Source: an uncultured bacterium (GTDB lineage Bacteria > SAR324 > XYD2-FULL-50-16). Taken from it: a stretch of DNA of 64,000 nucleotides. The stretch lies in contig CBFCZY010000006.1 of the NCBI GenBank assembly GCA_965602905.1, positions 103,125 to 167,124 on the forward strand, in the 5' to 3' direction. Under the pieces are notes generated by a model that saw only the letters and a program-made list of their open reading frames with translations, made no database searches and had not been told where the DNA came from. A program made the translations under genes and the position numbers. Of the stretch, positions 38,298-49,318 are shown piece by piece (the stretch's first letter is position 1; every line of letters begins with the position of its first letter).

Positions 38298-40133
38298 TTG
38301 TTAAAAATGAATCCAATCCTTTTGTTTACCAGAAAATTTGAACCTTTAAAATTGATTACCCTGGGTTTTCTGGCTTTATTTTTAGTTGTTTCCTGCAAGA
38401 AAGATGGTGGTAACCTAACAACTAGCTCGACAGGTTTGGCGACGGTTACAACAGATACTACAGCCGACACCCCAGCCACCACAGCTAGCCAAACCGCATA
38501 CTACATAGATGCATCCGCTGGAAACGATTCCAATAGCGGCACAGAATCTTCCCCTATAAAGAGCCTATCTGGGGCCGAAGGCCTAGATTTTTCGACCATT
38601 AAAACCATCTATCTCAAAAGAGGTGAAACTTGGAGAGAGTCTTTTACCTTTCCCACCTCAGGCATAAGCTTGTCGGCATATGGAACAGGTGCGTTCCCCC
38701 TACTGGATGGGAGAAGAGAAATTTCAACTTGGCAGAATTTAGGCTCAGACCTCTACTCCTCTCAAGTTACCCTAGGGAGTTCCGAAGGCCTTGGTAATTT
38801 ATCAATGGATGGTAGCCTTTTGGCCGCAGTCGCATGGAGTACCGATGTCAGTACTACCTTGGGTGGGGCCGCAAATAGTAGCTTCACTTATAATTATGCA
38901 ACCAGCACTCTATATGTTAAAATTAGTGATTCCCCAGCCAATCATAGTTTCTATGCGAGCTCAATATTAACGGCGATTACAGCAAAAGGTCTTTCAAAAG
39001 TAAAGGTAGAGAACGTTAATATTATTGGTTTTAGTCTCCATGGGGTCAATTTTTCTAATTGCAGCTCTTGTTCGGTGAAAAGCTCTACTATTTCAAATAT
39101 TGGCGGAGCTGTTATTGCGGCAGGTTACCTCTATGCAGGTAACGGAATTGAGTTTGGGGATTCTTCTAGTGGCGGTATTGTAGATGGGGTAACCGTCTCA
39201 AATATTTTTGATTCTTGCCTTTCACCCCAGACCTATACTGCAAACCAAACAGCCTCGGCCTTTGAGTTTAAAAATTCCACTTTAAGCTATTGTGGGTTTG
39301 CAGGCATTGAAATTTCTGTTCTTTCAAACGGTGGGACTACAGGCAGCCAAATCTCTAATGTCGCCATATCCAATATTAACATTTCAAGCACTGGAAATGG
39401 TTGGAGTGGTAGACGCTACGGCACCGAGGGCCACGGGGTCCGCATCGGCGCCGACACGGGTGCAGGGACAATTTCAGGGGTAACCCTCTCTGGGGTAAAC
39501 ATAAACGGTGCTGTCGGTGACGGGGTAAAAGTCTTTGGTGAATCTGGGGTGATTACCATTGAAAAAAGTAAAATTTACAGCGGTAGTTTGCTTGGGGTCA
39601 ATGTGGCAGATGCATCTGCTACTGGCTTAAAACTGGTAATGCAAACGAGCCAAGTTTACAGCAATAGTGGCTATGGCCTCTCGCTAAATGTGCCAAACGG
39701 CTTAGGCTTGCAACTTTACCAAAATAGCTTTTATGAAAATGGAGTTATTTCCGTCGCAATTATGGGGCAAGCAGGGGAGGCTTTGATTAAAAATAATCTT
39801 TTTGATGGGGCCTCGGCAATTACACACCTCTATACAACCTCGGCTTTAATAGGGGCTAGCCTTGATTACAATTGCTATAAAGAAGGTACCAACATGTTTG
39901 GGTATAACGCTTCAGCCTATTCAACTATAGCGGCGTTTAGAACAGGAGAAAGCCTAGAGGCTAACGGCGTTGCCGCAGCTGCTTTGAATTTGACGAGTGC
40001 CTCTACTGGTGATTTATCACTGGCTACAGGCTCCCCTTGCAGGTCTGTAGGTGATTCCGGTGTTGGGGTATCAACGGACTACCAATCCACTAGTTACAGG
40101 TCTCCCCCTTCAATGGGTGCCTTAGAATACTAG
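38298..40133 (+). CDS. Secreted lipoprotein with right-handed parallel beta-helix (PbH1/pectate-lyase-like) repeats.
   Basis: Lipobox LVVSC, then a Thr/Ala-rich linker, then repeated ...NVNIIGFSLHGVNFSNCSS.SVKSSTISNIGG... and ...VTLSGVNINGAVGDGVKVFG... units. Confidence 0.65.
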   Translation: MLKMNPILLFTRKFEPLKLITLGFLALFLVVSCKKDGGNLTTSSTGLATVTTDTTADTPATTASQTAYYIDASAGNDSNSGTESSPIKSLSGAEGLDFSTIKTIYLKRGETWRESFTFPTSGISLSAYGTGAFPLLDGRREISTWQNLGSDLYSSQVTLGSSEGLGNLSMDGSLLAAVAWSTDVSTTLGGAANSSFTYNYATSTLYVKISDSPANHSFYASSILTAITAKGLSKVKVENVNIIGFSLHGVNFSNCSSCSVKSSTISNIGGAVIAAGYLYAGNGIEFGDSSSGGIVDGVTVSNIFDSCLSPQTYTANQTASAFEFKNSTLSYCGFAGIEISVLSNGGTTGSQISNVAISNINISSTGNGWSGRRYGTEGHGVRIGADTGAGTISGVTLSGVNINGAVGDGVKVFGESGVITIEKSKIYSGSLLGVNVADASATGLKLVMQTSQVYSNSGYGLSLNVPNGLGLQLYQNSFYENGVISVAIMGQAGEALIKNNLFDGASAITHLYTTSALIGASLDYNCYKEGTNMFGYNASAYSTIAAFRTGESLEANGVAAAALNLTSASTGDLSLATGSPCRSVGDSGVGVSTDYQSTSYRSPPSMGALEY

Positions 40134-40167
40134 CTTGACCTGTTCTGATCTGCCCCCAATAGAACCT

Positions 40168-42114
40168 TTAAAAATCACTAAATTCGTCTCGAAAGGGAAT
40201 TGCTTGGCTGGGAGAAATTTGATTAGAGCTAGCTTTGGTAGGGCTGGATAAGGCAACAAGGTCCCTGCTTTGAGCCAGTGTAACACCTGAATTTGCGATC
40301 CTTCCAGCAGAAGAGGCTTCAATTCCGAAGTGATATCCAATCCTTAAAACCAGCTCCTTGAGCTGTGTCGCTTGCGCATTGAGCTCCTCTGATGCAGAGG
40401 CAGATTCTTCTGAATTACCTGCATTGATTTGAGTCACCTTGTCCATTTCAACTAAGGCAATGTTGACCTCTCCAATACCAGATGCTTGTTCCATGGATGC
40501 CGTAGAAATTCCATGGATTACATCGTGAACTGTGGTCATCTTAGCTGATTGAGAAGAGCTTAAAACCGAGATTTTACCTATCAAGCCCACCATGTTAGAT
40601 GCGTTACCCAAAATTCCCTGAAGGGCTTTATCTCCCTCTTCTACGAAGTCACCACCGAGCTTGCTCTTTTGTACACTTTCTTTAATGAGTTTGGAAATTT
40701 CCTTTGCTGAGCTTTTTGAGTTTTCTGCCAATTTAGAAACCTCATCAGCAACAACGGCAAAACCTTTTCCCTGTTCGCCAGCTCGGGCGGCCTCAATGGC
40801 AGCATTGGTTGCCAGCATTTTTGTTTGGTGGGTGATCTCGTTAATTACCTCAATGATGTCGGCAATTTTATCGCTGCTACCTTGGATTTCCTTCATAGCC
40901 GAAGAAATCTGCTTCATAGACTTAGCCCCTTTTGCCGCAGCATCTTGGGATTCTTGCGCTAATTTTTCGGTTTCAAGGGTCTTTTCTTCCGATTCTTTCA
41001 CCAAAAGAGTCATTTCCTCTACTACCTGGCCCGCTTGGCCTGCTTGATCTGCATTTCCTTGGGCTTGGGCAGAAATTTGTTCCATGGCGCTGGAAGTTTC
41101 TTCCAAACTGGCAGCTTGTTCCGTGGCCCCAGAAGAAACCTGTTGTGCACCAGAGGAAATTTCAGCAGAGGCTGAGGCAAGCTGATCTGAGGAAGAAGAT
41201 AATTCCATGATGAAGCGCCCCATGGACTGGTTGATCCCCCGTACGATAAACAGAATCATTGCAAGAATAGCCAATCCCAAAAAGAGGGAGAAAACCGCCA
41301 CTTCGGTGATCATGGTTGTTTGCCTTTCTTTAATCGCCAAGTCTGTCATCCCGATCATACCTTTGAGGCTCGACTCTGTGCCATGCACAGCCTTGCGCAT
41401 CTCGCCCATAAGGCCACTTTTTGGATCTATGCCCTTTTCTTCAATCCCTGAGGCGAAGGCGATGAATTTAAGGTTATACTCTTGAAGCAACTCTTTAAGC
41501 TTTTTACTTTCTTCAATCTTACTGGCATCGACCATCTGCACTAAGCTGCCCATATCCTTGTCGAAGCTAGCTAGGTATTTCATGTTAGAGCGCAGCATAA
41601 AATCCTTTTCTCTTCGGCGGAGCATCAATACTCCTGCTAAAAGATCATCCCTCTTCTTTTCCTTAATCAGAGCTTCAACCCCATGAACCGCCTTCCGCAA
41701 ATCACCATATAAGCCCGATTTTTCGTCTAGGCCAATACGCTTTTGCACCGTCACCAATGAATCGAATTTTGCTTTATAATCGTTAATCTTCTCATTGAAT
41801 TCAATCAAAAGGCTTTGCTCTAGGCCCAAGGCTTGGGTCTGACTAGCTAAGGTCTTTTGTAAAATTTGCAAATCCTTAATGTTACTATTAAAACTTGCCT
41901 CATATTTCAAGTTGGTACGGCTCAGAAAATCCTTCTCATTTCGTCGTAACTCCAGCACCTCAGTTTTAATCTGATTTAAGGTAATCATGGTACCATTTAG
42001 GAGTTGGTACTGGGTAAAGACGTAAGATACAACTCCCAGCAAAAGGAAGATGGCTGCCGTCATAAGGATGGCTAAGCTGTATAGTTTTTTCTTTACTGTA
42101 AGGGATCGGCTCAT
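40168..42114 (-). CDS. Methyl-accepting chemotaxis protein with a periplasmic tandem helical sensor. It ends in the pentapeptide EFSDF.
   Basis: A TM helix, then two copies of RRxEKDF(L/M)xR...Y.ASF in the sensor, a second TM helix, and the MCP core [35 protein letters not shown]. The C-terminus is ...[10 protein letters not shown]. Confidence 0.9.
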   Translation of the reverse strand: MSRSLTVKKKLYSLAILMTAAIFLLLGVVSYVFTQYQLLNGTMITLNQIKTEVLELRRNEKDFLSRTNLKYEASFNSNIKDLQILQKTLASQTQALGLEQSLLIEFNEKINDYKAKFDSLVTVQKRIGLDEKSGLYGDLRKAVHGVEALIKEKKRDDLLAGVLMLRRREKDFMLRSNMKYLASFDKDMGSLVQMVDASKIEESKKLKELLQEYNLKFIAFASGIEEKGIDPKSGLMGEMRKAVHGTESSLKGMIGMTDLAIKERQTTMITEVAVFSLFLGLAILAMILFIVRGINQSMGRFIMELSSSSDQLASASAEISSGAQQVSSGATEQAASLEETSSAMEQISAQAQGNADQAGQAGQVVEEMTLLVKESEEKTLETEKLAQESQDAAAKGAKSMKQISSAMKEIQGSSDKIADIIEVINEITHQTKMLATNAAIEAARAGEQGKGFAVVADEVSKLAENSKSSAKEISKLIKESVQKSKLGGDFVEEGDKALQGILGNASNMVGLIGKISVLSSSQSAKMTTVHDVIHGISTASMEQASGIGEVNIALVEMDKVTQINAGNSEESASASEELNAQATQLKELVLRIGYHFGIEASSAGRIANSGVTLAQSRDLVALSSPTKASSNQISPSQAIPFRDEFSDF

Positions 42115-42718
42115 TTTTTTTACTTTAAAGTGTAAGGCTAGGAAAATTTGAATTTGTCTGATTTTAGAAAAATACAGGTTAAATAGGGAACTGGAACATA
42201 AGCGGACCCCAAAAGGTAATAGGCATGTCTGTTAGATATTGGCCAGTCAGTTTTCTCTCATATATTTTCAATTTGTGGGGCACAAGGGCCCACATACAAG
42301 GATGAATATATAATATATTGCATAGCCATCTGGGCAATTCAACTTCAAAGTTGAAAAAAATTCTATAGTAATGAAAGGCTTCTTTCTCCCCTATGCTCTT
42401 ACAACAGATAGAGATACCACCACACTCAAATCCCCTACCTTCAGAGACATTCAAGGGGAAAAGCTATTTAAAAAAAGAACAGCTAGCCCCAGATTGTTTT
42501 GCCTGTGGCTTTTGTCTTGACGCTTGCCCTAGCGGCGTCGGCCCCTTTAACTTTGGCAAAAGGGACAAACCGGCGGTAGACTTTTTCAAAAAACCATCAA
42601 AAGGAAGGCCTAATCCCAGTATTAAAGGTCGATTGACTTCTTTCATTCGACCCATTTTCTTTTGCTAAAGCTACAATTTTTAACATTTGACAAATAATCA
42701 TTACGAAAAATAGCTATT

Positions 42719-42740
42719 CTATATCGATATATACGTATAT
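42719..42740. promoter_or_regulatory. Two overlapping perfect palindromes, TATATCGATATA and TATACGTATA, 55-75 nt upstream of the ferritin-like lipoprotein gene. Candidate operator.
   Basis: Read directly from the sequence as ctATATCGATATATACGTATATtg. Confidence 0.3.
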
Positions 42741-42792
42741 TGTAGTTTGAACTTCTAGATTCCATAAATATAAGATTACTAAAAGAGACCTA

Positions 42793-43407
42793 ATGAACAT
42801 GCGGAGAAGAGAGTTTATTGTTGCATTAGCCGCATTTGGGTTAGTTGGCTGTAAGGAAACTACCACGAGTGATACAACAGAAACCAGCATAACTACTTAC
42901 CCCGCTGAAAGCTTAAATACTATCGAAACAACAGGGATATTACAGCTTCGTGAAGAAGAGAAACTAGCTAGGGATGTCTATAGTACATTGTATGCAAAAT
43001 GGGGGATAGAGACATTCAATTGGATTCAAAAAAGCGAACAATTTCACATGGATCAAATGGCACTTTTGGTGGACCGTTATGATTTAGTCGATCCTGCAAA
43101 AGAGGCAATCGGTGTTTTTACAGACACAAAGATACAGACTCTTTATGAAACCTTAGTAACAAAAGGGGAAATTTCAAAAATTGATGCCCTAGAAGTTGGG
43201 ATGACTGTTGAAGACCTAGATATCTACGACATAGATCAGGTTTTATCTGGCAACGACAATGAAGATATTGCCTCGGTTTTTGGTATTCTTCGTTTTGGTT
43301 CTCTGAACCATATGCGCAGGTTCTATTCCGATTTATCAGATTTAGGGGGAACCTACTCCCCCCAGTATATTTCGCAAACAACATACGATGGAATCTTAAG
43401 CCTGTAA
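42793..43407 (+). CDS. Lipoprotein with a ferritin-like DUF2202-type domain.
   Basis: Lipobox LVGC, then ...LQLREEEKLARDVYSTLYAKWG...EQFHMDQMALLVDRYDLVDP..., a DUF2202-like signature. Confidence 0.4.
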   Translation: MNMRRREFIVALAAFGLVGCKETTTSDTTETSITTYPAESLNTIETTGILQLREEEKLARDVYSTLYAKWGIETFNWIQKSEQFHMDQMALLVDRYDLVDPAKEAIGVFTDTKIQTLYETLVTKGEISKIDALEVGMTVEDLDIYDIDQVLSGNDNEDIASVFGILRFGSLNHMRRFYSDLSDLGGTYSPQYISQTTYDGILSL

Positions 43408-43933
43408 TTGCGCAAACTAAGCCCAAATTTAGCAAAATCCAGTTCAGATTAACTCACTTCCCTGCCTTCAGAGGAAGCTCCTATTTGAAAGTAAATTCTA
43501 GAAACACATTTCACTGAATCGAGTTTAGGTTTCTTTGGTAAAAAGCAAACTAAAAAATTAACACAAAACTAACATTCAAATAACGCTTAATTTTAGAGGT
43601 TGGGATTTATCACCGCTCTTTTCTATGCTCTTTTTTCTCTTAAAAAAGTTTCCAGTTTAACCGCTGGATTTCCTGTTTTCCACCCTTATTCAGGAGCTTT
43701 GAGGGGTTTTGATTTTTGAAATCTAGACCAGAAGCTAGTTTTTATCAGTGTAAAAAATGTCATTTTTGTATGTCATTTCTGTTAGAAAAATCAATTAGAT
43801 CTTTACATTAGTTAATAATTTGAGTTGGTTGACTTTGGAATAGTTTATGCTGTAATTTAGATGATAGAATATAGAATTTTTTCTATTGTAAAATTCTGAT
43901 TAATTGTAAACTTATAATTAGGCCACAAAAGAC

Positions 43934-45739
43934 ATGTCCATCAAAATCAAAATCATTTTAGGTTTCGCCTTTTCTTTAGCAGTGATGCTGATCATTACCG
44001 TTACCTCTATCAATAGCGCCCAAACCATTGCAAAAAATACCCATTGGGTAACACATACTTTTACTGTATTGGGGACGTTAGAGCAGTTAGTTTCACACCT
44101 TAAGGACACAGAAACAGGCCAAAGAGGCTTTTTGATTACGGCAAAGGAAGGCTATCTTGAGCCATATCACAGTGGAAAAAAAGCTGTATATAACGATCTG
44201 GATAGGGTGCAGGAGTTAACTTCAGACAATGCTATTCAACAGGAACGAATTAAAAAGCTAAGGCCTTTAGTCCAGGCGAAATTTGATGAGCTTGCAGACA
44301 CGATAGAGCTACGCAGAACCAAAGGATTTGATGCCGCCCTAGCCGTTGTTTTAACAGACGAAGGTAAGGTGGTGATGGACCAGATTAGAGTGATTTATGA
44401 CCAAATGGTGGCAGATGAGCAACGCTTGATGAAAACCCGCTCTGCAGGAACAGCCTCCAAGGCTGAAAGTGTTATTTTAGTTGTTTGTGGCTTAGGGTTT
44501 ATTGGTACTTTGATTATCGGAACCATCATCACTTTAAATATTGTACGCCCAGTAAATGAGATTGTAAAAAAGATAGACCAAATGTCCCAAGGGGATTTAA
44601 CAGTCAAGATCGAGAACGATAGTAATGATGAAATTGGAACCATGTCTCAAGCCTTGAAGGGTTTTATTGGAGGCCTTCAAAGTACCTTCTCTACCATCCA
44701 GAAGAACTCTCAAAATCTAACGGGTGCCTCTACTGAGTTGGCTTCTATTTCTTCTCAAATGTCTGGGGCTATTACCGAGGTAACAGCTCAGGTTAATTCT
44801 GTTGCCGACTCCTCCCAAGAGATGTCTAGAAATTTTGAGACAGTATCCAATGACTCTAGTGAGATGACCAGAAACATTGACTCAATTTCGGCCACCTCAA
44901 CAGAAATGGCTGCCAATATTGATTCTATTGCCGCCACTTCCACAGAGATGTCTCTCAATATGGAAACGGTAAATAAGGAAGTCAGTGGTATGTCCCAGTC
45001 GATTCGTGATGTGGCAGACAAGGCTAATAATGCTCTTAGCATCACCCAACAGGCAGAAGACCAGAGCCTGCAAGCGACCTCAGTTATGAACTCGCTAGGT
45101 AATTCCGCAGACGAAATTGGCGATGTGACCAGCATGATCAAGACCATTGCTGAGCAAACCAACCTCTTGGCCTTGAACGCTAATATTGAAGCTGCCAGTG
45201 CTGGTGAAGCAGGTAAGGGCTTTGCTGTTGTGGCCAACGAAATCAAAGAGTTGGCTAAGCAAAGTGCTGGTGCGGCGCAAGATATCTCAAATAAAATTTC
45301 TGATATTCAAAACCAAGCGAAAGAATCCATCGCTACCATTGAAACCATTTCTAAGGTGATTACAGAGGTGAGTCTTTCTTCCACTGAGATCAATAAATTG
45401 GCCGAAGAACAGTCTGGCTCTTCAATTAGTATTGTAAACAATATCCAAGAAAACACTCAGGCTGTGGAAGAGGTGGCCAAGATGGTTAACGAGATGGCAG
45501 CAACAACCTCAGATGTGAACCAGCGTGTTGCTGAGATGGCAAACACCTCTGTGAATGTCTCAGGTAATATTGCCAACTCTGCCAAATCAACCCAAGAGAT
45601 CACAAAAAACATTACTGAAATCGCCTCTGCTAGTAACCAGACGGCTTCAGGTAGCCAGCAGGTGAATGAACAAGCAGTTGAGCTTTCTACCATCTCTGAG
45701 GAGCTAAATTCTTTAGTGAATCAGTTTAAGGTAAACTAG
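43934..45739 (+). CDS. Methyl-accepting chemotaxis protein with a CHASE3 sensor and no C-terminal pentapeptide.
   Basis: A TM helix, a CHASE3-like region (HWVTHTF...TGQRGFLIT...YLEPY...), a second TM helix, HAMP, and the MCP core [34 protein letters not shown]. It ends ...LVNQFKVN. Confidence 0.85.
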   Translation: MSIKIKIILGFAFSLAVMLIITVTSINSAQTIAKNTHWVTHTFTVLGTLEQLVSHLKDTETGQRGFLITAKEGYLEPYHSGKKAVYNDLDRVQELTSDNAIQQERIKKLRPLVQAKFDELADTIELRRTKGFDAALAVVLTDEGKVVMDQIRVIYDQMVADEQRLMKTRSAGTASKAESVILVVCGLGFIGTLIIGTIITLNIVRPVNEIVKKIDQMSQGDLTVKIENDSNDEIGTMSQALKGFIGGLQSTFSTIQKNSQNLTGASTELASISSQMSGAITEVTAQVNSVADSSQEMSRNFETVSNDSSEMTRNIDSISATSTEMAANIDSIAATSTEMSLNMETVNKEVSGMSQSIRDVADKANNALSITQQAEDQSLQATSVMNSLGNSADEIGDVTSMIKTIAEQTNLLALNANIEAASAGEAGKGFAVVANEIKELAKQSAGAAQDISNKISDIQNQAKESIATIETISKVITEVSLSSTEINKLAEEQSGSSISIVNNIQENTQAVEEVAKMVNEMAATTSDVNQRVAEMANTSVNVSGNIANSAKSTQEITKNITEIASASNQTASGSQQVNEQAVELSTISEELNSLVNQFKVN

Positions 45740-45756
45740 GTATTTAAGATTCAAAT

Positions 45757-45789
45757 CTTAGGCTTTTAGGTTCAACCAAAAAGCCTAGG
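45757..45789. terminator. Stem-loop cttaggctttt-aggttcaacc-aaaaagcctagg between convergent genes.
   Basis: A 9-11 bp stem lying after the chemoreceptor stop at 45739 and before the minus-strand gene end at 45824. Confidence 0.4.
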
Positions 45790-45823
45790 AGTTTAACGTA
45801 GGAAAGGAAGGTTTTCGAAGGAA

Positions 45824-46345
45824 CTACTTCTTTACCTGTACCAATGGCCCCTGTGCCCGGGCCTTACGGTCTAACTCTAAAGCGCCTTCATCTTTAAAAA
45901 GTAGACTGTGTTCCACATATTTGGTTTGCCCGTAAGGTGGTGGTGGGAAGCGAATGGCAGCTATTTTTTGAGTCACACAAATGGCAAACTCTGGGTTTTG
46001 CAATTGGTTTTTTATTACCCCCGCCCCTAAAACTCTCCCCTTTGAATCGATCTGCCAATCCAGCTTGAGCTTACCTGAGGTAATCTTAGGCTTAGTTTTT
46101 AACAGCGCCAAGTAACAAGCTTGAATGGGCTTAGCTGACTTAATAATGCTGTTTTTTACTTGGGAAGCCAAGTAAGGGGCTTCTGAATCCTTGCCCTTTG
46201 CCGTTGGTTGCTGGGCTCGCATCGGCCTTTGCTGTTGCATCTGAATCAGTTGCGCCTGCATGTCCTGATTCTGGTAAAAAAGGTAGCCTAAGGCTAAAAA
46301 GGATAAAAGACTAAGTGCCCAAGGTAGGATTGGATTGGCTTTCAT
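45824..46345 (-). CDS. Protein with an AgmX/PglI-type C-terminal (TonB-C-like) domain.
   Basis: An N-terminal TM helix and a Gln-rich linker, then ...IQACYLALLKTKPKITSGKLKLDWQIDSKGRVLGAGVI...FAICVTQKIAAIRFPPPP..., a pattern typical of that domain. Confidence 0.5.
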   Translation of the reverse strand: MKANPILPWALSLLSFLALGYLFYQNQDMQAQLIQMQQQRPMRAQQPTAKGKDSEAPYLASQVKNSIIKSAKPIQACYLALLKTKPKITSGKLKLDWQIDSKGRVLGAGVIKNQLQNPEFAICVTQKIAAIRFPPPPYGQTKYVEHSLLFKDEGALELDRKARAQGPLVQVKK

Positions 46346-46388
46346 TTATAGCTCGTAGCGGTAGTTGGAGTAGATGTAAGGGCCATTT

Positions 46389-48287
46389 TTATTGTCGTGT
46401 GTAGATGTAAACGGCACCTGAGTTGGTTGCTGTTCCAGAGTCTGTAATGGTATCAGCACCATTGGTGATGGTGGTGGCGCTGTTGTCTTCGGTATAAGCC
46501 GACACTGCTAAGGTATTAGAAGATAGGGAGACGTCAGTTCCAAAGTGATCGTCTGCGCCTGTATTATTTGCTTTAATGTAGGCTTCTTGGGCCCAGCTTG
46601 AGCCTGTCCTTTTATAAATGTGAACCGCCCCTGAATTTGTTAATGTTCCTGAGTTTGTAACGGTCCCTGAGCTATTAAAAATGCCTGTTGCACTGTTGCC
46701 TTCGGTGATAGCCCCCACAGCTAAGGTATCAGCGCCAAGTGAGACTACATGTCCAAATTGATCGCCTGCCTCCGCATTACTTGCTTTGAGGTAAGCTTCT
46801 TGGGCCCAGTTTGAACCTGTCCTTTTATAGATATAAACAGCTCCAGCAGAGGCTGCCATTCCTGAATCTGTGATGGTGTCTTCACCATTGGTGATGGTGG
46901 TTGCGCTGTTGTCTTCAAGTTCAGACCCCACAGCTAGAGTATTAGAATAAATTGAAACTTCCTTTCCAAACCAATCATCTACTTCCGCATTATTTGCTTT
47001 GATGTAGGCTTCTTGGGTCCAAGTTGTGCCTGATCGTTTATAGACATACACCGCTCCTGAATCGGCTGCTGTTCCTGAATCTGTAATGGTACCTGTACCA
47101 TTGGTGATGGTGGTTGCGCCGTTGTCTTCTGTAAAAGCCCCCACTGCTAAGGTATCGGCGGAAAGTGCAAATCCATATCCAAACTGGTCGTCTACTCCTG
47201 AATTGTTTGCTTTAATATAGGCTTCTTGGGCCCAGACTGCGCCTGTTCTTTTATAGATATACAAGGCCCCTGAATTAGAAGCGGTTCCTGAATCTGTGAT
47301 TGTCGCTGCGGAGTTGGTAATGGTGGTGGCGCCGTTGTCTTCGTTTTGTGCCCCTACAGCCAAGGTATCAGCAGAAATTGAGACAACAATTCCAAACTGG
47401 TCGCCTGCTTCGCTATTATTTGCTTTGATGTAGGCTTCTTGATACCAGTTTGTACCAATTCTTTTATAGATATAAACGGCTCCTGAACTTATTGCCGATC
47501 CTGAATCTGTGATGGTTGCAGCAGAGTTGGTAATGGTGGTAGCGCTGTTATCTTCCAGTTGGGCCGCCACTGCTAAGGTATCCGAATTCAATGAAACAGC
47601 AAATCCAAACCAGTCGTTAGTTTCGGCGTTATTTGCTTTGATGTAGGCTTCTTGCGCCCAACTTGAGCCTGTCCTTTTGTAGACATACACCGCTCCTGAG
47701 TCAGTTGCTATTCCTGAATCTGTAATGGTATTTGTACCATTGATGATGGTGGTTGCACTGTTGTCTTCCATCCAAGAACCCACTGCCAAAGTATCAGAAT
47801 CCAATGAAATTGAAATCCCAAAGTTTTCGCCTGCACCTGCATTATTTGCTTTAATGTAGGCCTCTTGCCTCCAAGTTCCCAGGTAGTCAATGGTATCTGA
47901 GGCCGGCTCGCTAAGGTTACCTGCTGCATCTTTGAACCAAACATAGACTGTCTTGGTGGCAATGCCTGATGAAAGCGAAAAAGCAGGTGATTCCGATAAG
48001 GTTGTTGCTGCTGTTACTTCGGTCCAACCTAAGGTGGAAATAGTAGAAGGGAGGGTAGAGCTTTCTGAGGCGTAGTAAGCAGTTACCCCCGTATCATCGG
48101 TTGCAGTAAGGGTTAAGGTCACGCTTTGCGTTCTAGAGTTGCTGTTTCCCGATTCAATTAAGATCGTTGGGCTGGCAGGCGCTGTTGAATCTGGGCTAGC
48201 AGGGGCTTGGGCAACGGACCCATTATCTTTTTTACAGCCCATCACCAACAGGGAAGATACTATTGCAATAACTAAAAGATTTTTCAT
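46389..48287 (-). CDS. Surface lipoprotein with an N-terminal Ig-like module and about 8 FG-GAP-like repeats.
   Basis: Lipobox LVMGC, then a unit repeated about 8 times: ...WAQEAYIKANN.(E/G).(D/N).FG..VSL..DTLAVGA...DN.ATTITN...TITDSG...SGAVYIYKR.G.. Confidence 0.65.
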   Translation of the reverse strand: MKNLLVIAIVSSLLVMGCKKDNGSVAQAPASPDSTAPASPTILIESGNSNSRTQSVTLTLTATDDTGVTAYYASESSTLPSTISTLGWTEVTAATTLSESPAFSLSSGIATKTVYVWFKDAAGNLSEPASDTIDYLGTWRQEAYIKANNAGAGENFGISISLDSDTLAVGSWMEDNSATTIINGTNTITDSGIATDSGAVYVYKRTGSSWAQEAYIKANNAETNDWFGFAVSLNSDTLAVAAQLEDNSATTITNSAATITDSGSAISSGAVYIYKRIGTNWYQEAYIKANNSEAGDQFGIVVSISADTLAVGAQNEDNGATTITNSAATITDSGTASNSGALYIYKRTGAVWAQEAYIKANNSGVDDQFGYGFALSADTLAVGAFTEDNGATTITNGTGTITDSGTAADSGAVYVYKRSGTTWTQEAYIKANNAEVDDWFGKEVSIYSNTLAVGSELEDNSATTITNGEDTITDSGMAASAGAVYIYKRTGSNWAQEAYLKASNAEAGDQFGHVVSLGADTLAVGAITEGNSATGIFNSSGTVTNSGTLTNSGAVHIYKRTGSSWAQEAYIKANNTGADDHFGTDVSLSSNTLAVSAYTEDNSATTITNGADTITDSGTATNSGAVYIYTRQ

Positions 48288-48871
48288 TTGGTCCTTCCCT
48301 ACAGATAAAAGTAAATTTCTAAAAAGTTAATTACCTGCATCCCTGTAGCAGCTGTTTAAATAGGGGGCTTCTGACCGAATGATTTTTTTATTTTTTAAGG
48401 TAACACTGAATCGAGCAAAGGTACTATAGACAAAAATACCTATATGATAGAATAATTTTTATTAAAATAAATATCTGTTTTCTTTAGAGAAAGATAGATT
48501 TTATTTCTGATATCTTTGATTCTTTGGTTTTATGTTGAAGGTATTTTATACAATTTAGATTTATCTAGTAATGCTCTAAGTATCTACCCATGGGAATTAT
48601 AGCGCAAGAGCAGTATTTATAACGGAGTTTGGTGATCTTTCAAGAATATAAGGATAACCCTACCAATGTTTGAGTTGCTCTTTTGAAGGTCACTCTTCAC
48701 CTTGCTTTTTTATTCAGGAAATCCCTTGGGGATCAGTCGATATCTTTGCAAAAGAAACCATCACTCTCGCTAAAAAAACAAAGATTTTACATCAGGTAAA
48801 AAAAGCTGGCATTCTGTTTTTAAATAATTCCCCAAACTTAATTTTCCAAGTTAATCTCCCTCGGCGATACT

Positions 48872-49318
48872 ATGGCATTTTCTAGCCTAACAAAAGACGA
48901 ACGCAAATGGATGTACTTTGTTATTTGGAAAGTCATCTTTGCAGATGGTTGGGTCTCAGATGAAGAATGCGAGGCCTTAAAAACGGCAATGCTTAGGGTT
49001 AACAAAAAAAAAGAAGTCGAAGAACTGGGGCAAAATGACCCCAATAAAATAGACTATTACTTTTCCCATCCACCAAAAGGGATATCTAATGACAAAGCCA
49101 AGGTTATGATTATTGAGATCATTCGGGTGGGAACCTTAGATGGAGATCTGGCTTTTATAGAAATGGAAATGGTCGAAAAGGCCGCTCAAATGCTTGGGTT
49201 TGGGGAGGACGCAATAGAAAGTCTTTTGGCCTATGCCGTCAGTCTAGCTAACCTTCAGGCCTGCCAAAAGGTGCTGGACCCTAAACTAGAGAGTGATTTT
49301 AATACTAAATCTCTCTGA
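48872..49318 (+). CDS. Small cytoplasmic protein with a TerB-like (DjlA N-terminal-like) fold.
   Basis: ...WKVIFADGWVSDEECEALKTAML... and ...IIEIIRVGTLDGDLAFIEMEMVEKAAQMLGF form two helix-pair halves, each with a conserved Asp-Gly. This is a pattern inference. Confidence 0.35.
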   Translation: MAFSSLTKDERKWMYFVIWKVIFADGWVSDEECEALKTAMLRVNKKKEVEELGQNDPNKIDYYFSHPPKGISNDKAKVMIIEIIRVGTLDGDLAFIEMEMVEKAAQMLGFGEDAIESLLAYAVSLANLQACQKVLDPKLESDFNTKSL

